In this document: positions 23,984 through 36,455 of the stretch, one piece after another
Numbering within the stretch: position 1 is the stretch's first letter
How the letters are laid out: every line of letters starts with the position of its first letter
Assembly (NCBI GenBank): GCA_958009085.1
Contig: OY253678.1
Location: 620,001-684,000, forward strand
Length of the DNA stretch: 64,000 nucleotides
Origin: Protoeuglena noctilucae
Lineage: Eukaryota
Direction of reading: 5' to 3'
Notes under the pieces: generated by a model
Database searches by the model: none
What the model was told of the DNA's origin: nothing
What the model saw: the letters and a program-made list of their open reading frames with translations, nothing else
Program-made: the position numbers and the translations under genes

Positions 23984-25083
23984 TCACGTGGCGCCAGAGG
24001 ACAGACGCAGGCGCTTGGTAGCCACCGTGATCTCTTGGTCGCTGTCTCGCGGATCCAAAGCCCCGATAGCCCCTGCAGCCCCGACTGTCACCGCCGGCCA
24101 CCCTGGTTGGTCCCATGGCTTCCACCGCCCATTTGCGTCCATGCCAAGACCCTGCGCCCCGGCCGGGCCGGCCTGCGCGCCGACAGTCCCCTCCAACGGC
24201 CCTTCGTGAGCGTTCAGTCTCCTCTTAACCCCCGCGGGCGGCGACCAGTGGGCCATCCACTGGGCGTCTAGAGTGTCCGCCGCCGTGGCTGGCATCTCGA
24301 CGACGCGGCCCTGTGTGAGGTGGAAGACGAACCCATCCAGCAGCGTGGGCCAGGCGCCCATCACGTCATAGTTGGAAAGGTCGGCCTTGACGTTGGTCGC
24401 GAAGTCCAAGACCTGCCGCCACGTGTCGGATGTCACGGCTGGCTGCGGGCAACGGGGGACGTCGTGCCTTTGAAAATCCTTACCCCCTGTCTGCAGCGGC
24501 GATGCACAGCAAAGGCCACAACACACGTACCTGCCCGTGTTGTTCGACGTAGGCGAGAAACCGATCGAGGAGGCGGAAGCGCCCTCGAAGGAGATGGGAC
24601 CAGGCCGCAAGGGCACGGGCTTTGCTCAAGTGGCGATGGCCAGGTTCCCGAGAAGCGAAAAAGGTGAACGAGTACAGGTCCCTGTCGAGGATGCGAGAGT
24701 CAACATCGCAGCGTAAGGTAGCTTGGGGACAGGCGAGCACGCTGCAGCCACCCGCGCTGGCTGGACCCTCACTGGAACGCGTCTGGATCCATGTCTGCCC
24801 TCTTCGGTGCGTCCCACACTATCAATATCTCAAACAGCGCAGCATGGCCGCACAACGACGCGACCTCCGCCGCTTGCCGCAGCTCCTGGAGCGCGCGCTT
24901 CCCGCCGTCCCCATCGCGGTTCGCCGCCGTGAAGGCAGCAAAGAAGTCGGTCTGTGAACACGCAGGGTCCACCGGGCATTGCCTCCTGGTCGGCGTAGGC
25001 CAGCACAGCGCAGTTCTGCAATTCCGCTGCACGTGGCATCGTCACCAGAGCCCGGCGCCTGCATTCATCGCCCGTAGTTGCAT
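23984..25083 (-). CDS. DCN1-like cullin-binding (PONY) domain protein
   Basis: LYSFTFFASREPGHRHLSKARALAAWSHLLRGRFRLLDRF; VTSDTWRQVLDF; DLSNYDVMGAWPTLLDGFV; start approximate. Confidence 0.85.
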
Positions 25084-25292
25084 TTGGCCAACCAGAAGCG
25101 CTTCGTGCAAGCAAACCCGTCATGTGGGGAGAGCCATGATGAGCGTTCTGGCCTCAGCAAGCGGTAGCAAGGCGGTCACGCCCATGCACGCGCCTTGTCG
25201 CGGTAGTGTATCAGCGGACCGGTGAGTTCAAGCGCAGAGGCAGCGGTCAAGCTAACAAATCGTCGGCAGACGCTTTGTGCAGCAGCTGGCAG

Positions 25293-27646
25293 TCAGTCCA
25301 GCAGCCCTGACATCGCTGCTGACCAGGATGCTTGGAATTGCGCAGTCCCGAACCTGGCTGCACGCGCCCTCGCCGCTGCAGCCATCTTTGTGCGCTCCTC
25401 TGGCCTGCGAATGCAGCATTGAGCTTTGTGAGCGGGCCAATCGTCCGCATCATGTTCACCGCCCCCTGTGGCAGCACAACCCCGCCAACCGCAGCCGCAC
25501 CTCATGCTCCATAGTCTCACAAGCGCGTCCGCGTACTCCTGCGCGGAACTGCACAGGAAACCCACGGGCTGGTCCTGGGCCGCACCGGCATGCAACATGC
25601 CACGTGCTCCGCCCTCCCCGTCCTCTTCTGCTGTCCTGCCACGGTGCTCCTCGCTGTCATCGTACTCCCGCAGCGCTGCCGGCACCACGATGTCCTGAAA
25701 GGGACCACCTGACCGATGTGCGATGGGAATGGCACCCGCTGCCATGTACTCCACGACGCTGCAAGAATGGACAGGGTGACGCAGGTCGGCCGCTGTCGCA
25801 AGGTCCAGCGTTGTGTCAGGGAAACGGCCTCGCAAGACTTGCGCGACCAATGCTGCCCTGTCCCCATCGCACCTGATGCCGAAGTGCTCATCGCGCATCG
25901 TGTGCAGGCCAGCTGCCGCTGACCTCAGGACATCCTTCACGTCCGCCCAGGGCAAACCCTCCCTGCAGGCAGACCGACAGTACTTGCGTCGTCCTGTTGA
26001 CTCACACTCTCACAACCCCACCTGCCCCATTCAACCTCTCCCATGGCAGCACCTGATTTCAAAGCATGCCGGCGTCAGCCCCCTTTCCTCCGCCAGCTTC
26101 CGGATGGCTGCCAACGTCGCCCTGTCGCTCGGACGACGGCACGTCCCCACCAGGGTCAACCGAGGCCCCGCCCCTGCATCAGGTCTGGTGTTGGGCTGCG
26201 TTGCCAGCCACCGCTCCCGCGCCAGTGCAAACGCCTCGACCTGCATGGCGTGGTCCTTCTCGGGAGCAAACTGCGACGGCCGGGAGCGAGGGACAATTGC
26301 GCTTACGAAGGCACCCCTGCACCACTGGGTTAATACTGAGCGCAGTACCCAAGGCAGTCATTTTACATGATGTCACACAACGACCATGTAGAGGCGCGAG
26401 AAGCGGTAAGCAAGCGTGTAGCTCGCACCTGCGCGACGGACGCGACGCACAGGCCAGTGTCGCCATGGCGAACGACGGACCCCTTTGCCAAGTCCTCCAC
26501 ATCGCATGGCGGGAACACCAAGTGCGTGGGGCGACCCCATAGGGTCGCGATGCGCTCCCTGGTCCAGGACGAGTTGACCATAACGCTGCAGCCAGCTTGA
26601 AGGTGGCTGGTTTAATGCTTAGTCACCCTACCTCTCTCTCAGTCATCAACCCACCCCAGCCACCAGCCCACCCGACACCAGAAGGGGCAGCGTCAGGGTC
26701 CTCACCAGTCCGCAAAGCGCCCGCACGTCGCATACCACGCCCGGAGGACTCGATAGTATGCTACCTTGGCCCACAAGAGCACGGAGTGGCGCCTGAAGCG
26801 ACTGCGGTTGTTGAAGGAGACGTGGCCCCGCCGCACCCGATCCTCCATGTCCATCGTCACGAGCGGGAAGTGGACGTAGCAAGCCACGCGGCACCCAGCG
26901 ACCCACGCCAAAGGGTACGCGAATGGCCACCCGCTCGTGTCGACAAACGCTCGCGGGACCATCCACGCCAGGGCCTGCAGGTGCACGCCACCCAGCTGCA
27001 AAGCTATCGAATGGGCCGTGTGAACAGACACGGGCGACGTCAAGGCCTGGTGACTCGGCTGCACACGGTGTCGTGGCGGGTGGCCGCCAACGTGGCCGGC
27101 GCAGCCGTGGCCCGCACCTCGGAGACAGCCACGAGGGATGCGATGGCTTGGAACAATACCGTGGCGAAGGGGTATCGGTGAGGCTCCAGGAGGCCCTTGG
27201 AACGCAGGCGGATTACGCGGAACGATCGGGGCAGCGAGACGTTGAAGCGGGTATACGCCAGGTCCCTCAGCTGATCCGCGCTCAGGTCCCCTCCTGAGAC
27301 AGGGCGACAAGAGGACCATGCGCATGCTCGCCAATTGCGTGCTTCTGTACCCAGGTGGCAGCACGCGGCCCCCATCAACGTGCAACCGAGGCTCGCCTGT
27401 GAAGAGGACCACCTCGGCGTCGAGGTGCTCCAACATCGTCGCCCGCATGGCCCACCACAGGACCTTCTCGCCACCGCCACCGCCGTCCGCGGTCGGGTGG
27501 AAGAAGCCGACTGCCCTGGCGTGACGTCGGCCGGGGAGAAGGGCGACCAGAAGACACGCGAGGGCGACCGCGAGCAGCGCCGCCAGGGGAAGCACGACCA
27601 CAACGCCCAGGCATCGGGCCAGAAAAAAGGTCCAGGAGATCAGCAT
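25293..27646 (-). CDS. ALG11: GDP-Man:Man3GlcNAc2-PP-Dol alpha-1,2-mannosyltransferase
   Basis: N-terminal TM; VGFFHPTADGGGGGEKVLW; VACYVHFP; MVNSSWT; SVAQ|FAPEKDH; GLHTMRDEHFGI|SVVEYMAAG...HRSGGP. Confidence 0.95.
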
Positions 27647-28026
27647 TTTCAGAATACTGAGCGGAGCGGCAGTCTTTGGCGTCGCATGGAGCGGCGGGAC
27701 CGCCCTAAGCTCCCGCCCTGCGACAGGGCGCGGCACAAGGGATTCCCAATGGAACTGAATCATGGGTTTGCGCCGGAACGACAGCAAAACGCCAGCGTGA
27801 ATGTTTTCTGACATCTGCCAGAGCGCCGCGTCTTGCACGAGCCTTTGCGCCAGGTGCCATGTGTCCACGCTCAGTTGACCTTTGCTCACGCACACGTTGC
27901 AGCCCTTTCTGCCGTCGCAACCTTCTTTTCTGGCGGCATCCGGGGAAGCGCGAGGCGTTGTTGACACAAGCAGGGTGTGTTGCGAGCCGCCTGGTTTGGC
28001 CACAACACGTCCTGGCGCCTGCGGCG

Positions 28027-30001
28027 ATGAGGCCTTACGAGCCTCGCTACGCCTCCACCTATGGCTTGAGGACCGCGGTGAGGATGGAAATGAGCCCGGC
28101 GGATGTCTCCGCCTTCTAGTCTGTCCGCGGCTTCGGCAAGAGCGATGGCTACCATGACTTCACGTTACCCGGTCACCTGGTACTCTCATCTTGCTTGCCA
28201 AGCAACCGAGCGGTCGATCCGGCGGATCCAGGGCACCATGCTGCACCATGCGAGCGCCTTAGCTGGCCTGTTGCGTCCCCGCGCGCAGCCGGAGACGAAG
28301 AGCAGGGGAAGGAGCGGAAATGGAGCGGACGCGGGGCCCGGCCGGGACGTGCTGAAGGCCGTCTCCCAGCTGCAGCGCGAGTCTGAAGCGGCGCTGGCGC
28401 TGGAGGCCGAGTCGGCGCAGATCAACCAGCAGCTGGCGCTGCAGGTCGCGGCGCTGCAGAGGTGCGCGGGCGCGGGGAAGCCACAGTCGCGCGCTGAGCG
28501 TGAGCGCGAGGACCCCTGCTCGTTTGCTGAAGCCTGGCAGTCACCTGCGTGCACACAGGGGCTTCGCTTCTTTGGCGTACGCTGTCCTAGAGGAGCTGGA
28601 AGCTGTGCGGGACGAATCGCAGCGGTGGCCTGACGAGCGGAGCTCCTGGGTCAACGCGATGGCCAAGCTGAAGGAGGACATGCAGGCGCGTGCGAGCGTG
28701 GCGGCGGCTGTGCCTTGGAGTGAACCCTCGACGTGTGCTATCGGCCGCGGCACCTCGCTCGCCCGCAGAAGAAGGTGGACCATATGGAGGCTAGGCACGA
28801 GGATGCCCAGGTGGCTCTGGACAAGGCATGGCAGGTGGGACGGTGGCTCTGAAACCTGACCCAGCGCTTGCAGCGGGGCTTGCCGTGACGCTTTGCGTGC
28901 CGGAACGCGTTCGGTGAGCTTGCGTATAATGCACTGTCGGCACAGGAGAACCAGCAACTGCGCGCGGAGAATGACATGCTGCACCACCGCCTGTCGGACC
29001 TGGAGGGCAGGTCGAATGAGCTGACGAGGCATTTGGAGCAAGTCAAGCGGGGGCTGTCGACCGTGCAGCAGAGCGGCGGGGACATGAAGGAGGCGCTGGT
29101 GAGGCGCAGCGGTGCTGGTGGACACGAGCGCGTAGAGCGAGAGGGATGACCGAGGAGGGGCGCGTGTGTTGGGATCGCAGACGACGCTGGCGACGAAGGT
29201 GGACGCCCGGGAGGCCATTCAGCGCACGCTGGGGCGGACAATCGCGGACCTGGAGGCGCGGATGCGGGACGAGGTCGGGCGGCTGCGGGACGACACCACC
29301 AACACCTGCCGCGCGCTGCAGGTGACGGGCGTAGCCGACTGCGCACTCGCTGTCAACACAATGTGCAGTCGGTCACCGTTCCTTGGCTGCTGGCCGCAGA
29401 GCGACGCGGAGGCCTTGGCGGGAGACATGGAGTCGCTGCGCACATGGTGCCACCAGCTGGATGCGTCCCACCGCAACCACGTGGCAGACACGACCCAGCG
29501 GCTGGCGCATGTGGAGGCCGGGCCCGACCTTGGCCCGATCCTGGCGGCGGTGCAGCAGATTGAGGACAGGATGGGCAACATGGGCCGAGCACAGGACTCT
29601 GCCACCACACGGCTCGAGGCAGGGCTGGGCCGCCTCAATTCCGACTACGCGGACGTGGCCAGCCGGATTGAGAACGCCGACGCCACGATCCAGGCGCTGC
29701 GGCGCGCTGTGCGGGAGGCGAGTCGGCAGCGGGCGGAGGTGGTTGTCACTTGTGAAAGGGCCGGGCATTGCAAGGTGGCAAGTGGAAGCCAACTAGGCTT
29801 CGTTGCTTCTCGCAGCACCATGAGGCCCTGGTCCGGTCGGCGTCCGTGTTTGCTTCCGCCCTCAACATCTCCTCGCCCGTTTCAGAGGTCTCGTTGGCTG
29901 CGGCGCTGTCCCCAGGGGCGGGGGCACACCACACAGGTGAGGAGCAGCAAGGGAGGCTGATGAGCGGAGCAAGCGAGGCCCGCAAGCAGTGGGTGTGCTG
30001 A
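28027..30001 (+). CDS. Uncharacterised multi-exon coiled-coil protein
   Basis: Series of heptad-like exons (LKAVSQLQRESEAALALEAES; LEELEAVRDE; ENQQLRAENDML; IADLEARMRDEVGRL) separated by short introns; ends uncertain. Confidence 0.55.
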
Positions 30002-30406
30002 CATCAGAGCGCCTCCTTGCTTGCGCAGTGTACAGCGGAGCGCCGTACGGGTCGACGGTGAGGCCGGCGTCGTACCACGTCCCGACGAATGCCACCTGGG
30101 GAGCGCACCCCAGCAGCATCGCGCGTGGTCGTGTGCCCAGGAGCATGTCTCCTGCCAGGTAGACAGGTCTAAGCGAGAAAAGTTTTCCAGATGCAAGGCG
30201 CCGCTGGCACCGCCAGAGGGCGCAGCGGGCGTAGGCTTTCAGCAAGAGGCCTCAGCGGTTAGGGATCAGATGTCGGCAGAAGTCATCGACCGCTCTTTCT
30301 GCGCACGCGCTTCGGCTGTGCACAGAGTTTAACACTCCTTTGTTCACCCCAACGTCACCACCAAGAGAGGGCTGTTGATCCGATCGCGCGGGACCAGAGC
30401 GTGACT

Positions 30407-32327
30407 ATGAGCGCGGGCTGGGGGGCGCAACAGCCCGGCTGGGCCCCCCCGGGCTCGGCGGCACCGGACGTGTACAGTTCGAGCGTCGCGGGGCCGTCTG
30501 GTGCGAGGCAGCGAGATCCGGGCATCATTTGATCGCGCGTGGAATATGCATGCTTTGTCTCGCATCCGCTGCGCTGCGTGCGGGCGACATCGCGAGCGCG
30601 GGGCGGCAGAGTCGCGATGCCGGCGGTCCTCCATGAACAGCTCTGCGCTTCGAATTGACGGCGACCACGGCGTCCGCAGGGATGCACCAGCGCAGCGGTG
30701 CGGGGGCTGGGGTCCCTGGCGGGTTCGTGCCGCAGCCCGGACCTGCTCCGGCGATGGGGCAGGGGTACGGATGGGTGCCGAGTGGCTATCCCGCGCCGAA
30801 CGCCGCCGCGGCTCCCCCAGCCCAGGCGTTCGGTGCACCTCAGCCCATGAAGCCGCAGCCGGTGAGTGCTTTGCCCGGGGAAGCGCGCGCAAGGCTATCG
30901 GCTCGGCATCCCAAGGCACTTAGCTGCCGACATGTCCCCCTCCGCAGGCGGCGTTCCCGGTGACGCCGCCGATCAACGATGCGACACAGCAGATCGCAAC
31001 GGCGATCGGGATGTCTTACGGGGAGAAGATGATGCAGTGGGGACGCAACCGCGTGGGACTTTTGACAGGTGCGACCCGCCATGCCTTGGGATCCCCGCCA
31101 CGTCGCCTTGGAGCCGCTCAGCTCGCCTTCGACCATACACATGCACTCATGTGCCCGCAGGGGACTCGTTCTTCTACCTGTTCCACATCGACCAGGCTTA
31201 CGTCGCCCGCAAGCTCGTGCGCCTCTTCTTTCCATGGACCGTCACCGACTGGGTGCGCAAGGAGGACAGGGGCGGCAGCGGGGAGCACTACCAGGTGCTG
31301 ATGCCCGCTCTGCCGCCGCTGACAGGCCTCTGGGCCACTCCACTCTCAGCTCCTCCCCGCACGGCCTTGCCTTGGCCCTCACGCACTCTCGGGTCGTTGC
31401 ACTGCAGCCCCCCAAGCGCGACCTGAACGCCCCAGACCTGTACATCCCCATGTGTTCACTGGCCCTTCTCGTTACGATCCACGCCGTCCAGCAGGCCCTG
31501 TCCGGTGCCTTCACGCCCGCCACGGTCAACAGCGACGTCAGCTGGCTGGCGCTGGTGTGGGTCGTCCAGGTGTGCGGCTGCATGACCGGCTGCAGTCGCA
31601 GCAGGAGCTTAGAAAGTATGCAAGGAACTCGCGTGGTCCGGCGTGCCAACAGCGACAGACGCTCCCCGAGCTGGCCTGCAGTACGGCCTCTTCTATTCCC
31701 TTCTCCGGCTCGGTGCGCCTGAAGACCACGCACACGGTACGTAGTTCCTCGCAAGCAGGAGTGTGCCCGCGCTGTCGTGCCCGCGCTGTACCACCGGGCT
31801 GCACGGTAAGGGACCCACCGTGACGCTTGCTCGCCTTGCGCAGGTGCGGGGTACTTGCAGGCGGGCAACCAACCCAGGACGGTCCCAGTGCGGCACACGG
31901 AGCTCCTGGCCTACGCCGGGTACTTATTCACCTTTGCCGTGGTGCCGAGCCTGGTGTCGTCCCTGGGATCATGGGTCATGTGGCTTGCCGTCATCACTTA
32001 CTGTTGGGTGGCGCTGGCCAGGTGCGGGAGACGGGCTTTGCCTGAATCAGCGATGACATGCGCACAGTCTCAGCACCTGCGCTTCCCAGGGACATTGCTT
32101 AGCGGCAACCCAAATCACTTCACCTCCACTGCAGGTTCACCCTCAAGGCGCTAGAGGCCCTGAAGATGACTGCACACCAGCAGAACTCGCAGGCGCAGAA
32201 CTACGCCATGTTCGTGGGGCTGCTGGTCGAGTTCGTCGTTCTGTGGTTCGTGGCCACCAAGCCCGTCCTTGCGTGGTCCCACAGCCCGGCGTCCTCCCTG
32301 CGCGCCACCCCGGCCACACGGACCTGA
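30407..32327 (+). CDS. YIF1: YIF1 (Yip1-interacting factor) ER-Golgi membrane protein
   Basis: YLFHIDQAYVARKLVRLFFPW; PPKRDLNAPDLYIPM; ELLAYAGYLF; Pro/Gly-rich N-terminus. Confidence 0.93.
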
Positions 32328-32480
32328 CACGGCGGCATGTAGGATATTGATGCTAGGGAGCTTCGCTGCCGCGACGCGGCACCGTCATCGGTATCGGTAG
32401 CACCACAGGGACCGTTCAAATGGTGTGCATTAGCATCGTGGCAGTCCGCTCGCTGACACGAGCTCCAGCCAACGCCAGGA

Positions 32481-33543
32481 TCAGTCCATCTTGACCTTCG
32501 CCCCGGCCTCCGCGAGCTTCTTCATCAGCTGCTCCGCGTCCGCCTTGGGGAGGTTCTCCTTGACAGTCTTGGGAGCGCCCTCCACCAGCTCCTGCAGGGT
32601 CGGGCAAGAGACGAAACGGTGACCGATGCGCGAGACCCCGAGCCCCGCCGCAAGCATGGCCCGGACCGCAGCGCAGTGTGCAGCACGCGCAGCCCACCTT
32701 GGCCTCCTTCAACCCCAGGCCCGTGGCCGCCCGCACTTCCTTGATCACCCCAATCTTCTTCGCCGCGTCAAAGCCCTCCAGGATCTGCGATGCAACGGCA
32801 CGGCCGCGTCGACAGCGCCGCTAGACCGGCAAGGGCACAGGCGCTGCCGGCGGTGCGGGAAGCCCCTGCCCGCGTGCACTCACCAGCGAAAAGGTCGTCT
32901 TCTCCACCTTCTTCTCCTCCTCCTTGGGCTGCTCCTTTGATGGGGCCGGCATCGCAGCCATCAGACCCATGGGCATGGACATGGCGGGGCCTGAGAGGTA
33001 CGGCGGGAAAGGCGAAATCGATCGTCCCCCCACAGCGGGCCCCGTGGCCAGCGCCGCGCCGCGGACTCACCAGCCTCGATCCTCAGCCGCTTCTTCAAGA
33101 GCTCGTGAAGATCTGCCACCTCCAGGACGGTCATCCCGCAAATTTCGTCGGCGACCTTCTGCACGCGGTCCGACACGGCTGCCTGCGGAGCGTGGCCGGG
33201 AGCGAGGTCCCCGAAACCTCCAGCAATGCAAATCTGCGCATCCACTTATTTCGCAGCTCGGCCGCGACGGGGATCGGAAGAGCGGCCAGTCCGCCGGGTC
33301 TCAGCAAAGGGCCGACCGCCGCCGACACCCATCGCTGCCGATGCTAGGCCGCGATGGCGCCGGCGAGCGCACAGATCGGATGGCATTGGGCAGTATGACG
33401 GAATGGCCGCTCACCGGCTGACCGTCGGCAGCCGCCGACGAGGAGGCCACCATGCGGCCCACAGCCCCCCAGCACCCACTCCCCAGGCCCTCGCCAGGCC
33501 ACCACGCCGCCACGGTGGCAGCCCTCCGTAGCATGCTCGCCAT
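32481..33543 (-). CDS. rpl12: Organellar (probably mitochondrial) ribosomal protein bL12
   Basis: [56 protein letters not shown]; start uncertain. Confidence 0.92.
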
Positions 33544-33910
33544 TAGGCTCGTGATACGATCCAAGTGACTTCGCAAGCGCGCCGCAGCGGTCTGGACAAC
33601 GTCCTGCTGTCGTGGCCAGTGGAGCGGAGCTCAATGTGTGTCAAAGAACCAGCGGATGGCGCGGACATGTGCATCATGTGCGCCATGAGCTGCTCCCTGC
33701 AACTGAAGGGCGCGTCCTCTCGGGGCACGGTCGTTTCAGGCATTTTCCTGCAGCACCAGCAGGTTCCATTACTGAGGAAACCTGCCTTGAGTCCTCACTG
33801 GCAGGACGTTTACACTGAGCGCTTCCCTCTCCTGACTTCGCCCTTGCGTCCTGGAGATCGCTGCGTCAACTCGCTCCGTCCCCTTTACGGTTCGTCTTTT
33901 TTGCACCGAT

Positions 33911-35018
33911 ATGCGTGAGGAATCATTCTACGACCCACCGGAGATACTGTCGTTCGACGAGGCGCAGAGGCTATTGGACCGCGGCGAGTCGCGCATCGTG
34001 GACTTCGGTGGGGCTCTTATTCTGGGCGACCCCGGCTCCGTCCTCATCCTTCGCCGTCGTGGAGTGTGCCTCAAGCGCGGCAACATCGTGGGTTCGGGCG
34101 GTCTTGTAGAGTTCGCGGTGCGTGCCGGGGACGGGGAGGTGCACGAGCAAGTCCGGCACACCGTCTTGCTGGTCGAGGCGGACGACGCCGAGGTCTCGGA
34201 GAGCCTCGTGTGCGGATGCGAGAGGTCAGTGGCACAATTGATTGTTGCGCCTGCTTGGGTGCCCTCAGCGGGTGCGGCTCCAAGCGCAGTGGTGGTGTCC
34301 CGCAGGACCAGCGCAGCACCGTCCTGCACGGTGACTGTCCAAGGGGCCGTGCTTGGGGTGGCTCTGCGGCGATGTACGATCGAGGGCGACGGTGTCGAGG
34401 CGGCGTTCCGAGAGCACTTCGGGTCCTTCGCTGATGCGCAAGACATGTTGTACACGTCCCACGGAGCTCCGTGGGGGTGCGATGGCGTCCACATCATCGG
34501 CAGGGGCACCGAGGCGGACGTGACCGGGTGCAGGTGGGCGCAGCGCGGCGCATGCGAACATTGCTCTTCCAGCTACCACCATGGGGAGGCTGGAGGAACG
34601 CTGCTTGCGCCCCGGCCGCAGCATCTCGCGGCATTCGGGCATCGGGCTGGTAGTGGCCGCGGGCGCGGACGCCAAGGTTCTAGGTTCGGCCGTCAGTCGG
34701 AACGGGCAGCACGGGGTCGCGTGCATTGGGCCTGGGTCCATCGTCGAGCTCGACAGAGTGCAAGTGTCAGGAAACGCGGGCGCAGGGGTTGCCACGGCGC
34801 AGGGGGGGAGCGTCCACGTGTCGACGCAGGCGCCGTGGCTGTGGCTCAACGTGGGCGGGCCCTGGGTGGCCGGCTCGCAGCTGACGGGCCGCACGGGGCT
34901 GCTCCTGCGAGGCACGGCGGTGCTTTACCAGTCGCTTCTGCTGGCCTTGCGGTGGGTCCTGGTTGCCATGGGCATCAGGATGGCCGTGCACGACCAGCTG
35001 TGGGTCCCTGGCTGGTGA
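33911..35018 (+). CDS. Right-handed parallel beta-helix (pectin-lyase-like fold) protein with a hydrophobic C-terminal segment
   Basis: Repeating ISRHSGIGLVV / VSRNGQHGVAC / VSGNAGAGVAT turns; hydrophobic tail LLLALRWVLVAMGI. Confidence 0.7.
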
Positions 35019-35213
35019 CGGTGCCTTGCCCCCATGGCAGATGTTTCACGTGCCAGTAGGCTGTGCCTAGGGTGGGCGTAGCGCTCCAAAAGACCTGGCT
35101 AGCAGTTTCCAACTTCAGAATACGACTGCCATTGTGTCGGCATGTCGTTGTCAACGACCACCGTGGGGACAGCCTGTGCATAGGTAGCGCCGCTAGGGGC
35201 AGAAGGAGCGAAT

Positions 35214-36084
35214 CTAGCTCGTTAGGTCCGCAGTCATGGAGATGTCGATGTCTTTGAAGAACTTCTCGAAGTGCTGCGAGCAATGGCAGCTCCTCGTTTG
35301 CCATCTCATAGCGGCTGCCATGCACGCGAGGCAGCGACATGCACCAGTCACCCCTCACCTCCTTTGTGATCCCGGTACCCTTGTCACCAGTCACCGACTC
35401 GACCACCCGCTCCGCCGCCTCCACCGCCTGCTTCTCCGTCAGGCTGGAGCCCCCGAGCAGCTGCGGGTGTGCGAGCCGGGAGGCACTTGGCACGGGGTTG
35501 GGCGCCCGCGAAGCAGCTGAGGACTGGGGGCACGAGCGGGGCTCGAACCTCGCCTGGATCGAGAGCCGGAGGTCGTCGACGGAGATGACGCCGTCCCCGT
35601 CCATGTCGTGCACCCGGAACATGTACCGGAGCTTCTCCTGCTTGTCTGCCCGGTCGCTGAAGACGGAGATCAAGTCAGCGAAGGAGACGTAGTTGACGCC
35701 CGTGGAGAAGCGCGCCAATCGAGTCGCCAGTGGATTCACAGCCAAGTCAGGGATGCTGGTAAAGTCCGACGCAGAGAGGAAGCCCTTATGGCCCCTGCGC
35801 GCGCGCCGTTCAGGCCACTCGTCGCATGACTTGCCGCGCGCCGTGCGATGTGGGGGTCTGCAGCACGCATCGGACCTGTCCAGCTTCTTGAACCGGTCGT
35901 AAAGGGCCTCCACTTCCGTCTGCGTGAGCCGACCGCCGCAGTACTGCATAATCTCCTCCACATCGTACTGGGTGAGCTCGGACTGCGACTGTAATACAGG
36001 GACTCGGGGAAGCTCAGCGTCAGCGAGGTCATCCAGCAGGAGGACGAGCCCTGAGCTCGCAGCGCCACGCCTCGCCTGCCCCAT
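35214..36084 (-). CDS. Calcineurin-B/CHP-like EF-hand protein, predicted N-myristoylated
   Basis: MGQ|SQSELTQYDVEEI...LYDRFKKLDR; IPDLAVNPLA; EKLRYMFRVHDMDGDGVISVDDL. Confidence 0.9.
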
Positions 36085-36455
36085 GGCGCCCACCGCCCGC
36101 CCAGAGGCGGATCGATGACACTAGCCCGTAGAGCGATATACGGTGAGCTGTATTATGCCGTCCATGAGGAGTGAGCTCGACTACTTTCGCGGGGTGGGCG
36201 TTTTACTGGCAGGGCAGCCCCGCCCGCAGGCACCCGGGTGCCACCGAGTTTTTTTTTTGCATTACTCGCGCACCCCTCCGCTACAGTCTGCCACCCGCTT
36301 GTCTCCCGACCTCTGGCGTGCTCCGGCCCCCGTCCATCGCGCAGAGCAAGGGCCGACCTTGGGCACCGAGCGAGCCCACGTCGGGTTCGCAGGGAGTGGC
36401 CGATGCCGGCGCTGCTCATGACAAGCGGAAATCCATTCAAAAGCCCGCCACGAAG

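Noticed and set aside
5787..25083. Functional cluster of ubiquitin/NEDD8 genes (SENP8, Ubl protein, DCN1-like, plus the CTLH gene upstream)
   Set aside because: They are interspersed with unrelated housekeeping genes and there is no evidence beyond chance in a gene-dense genome.
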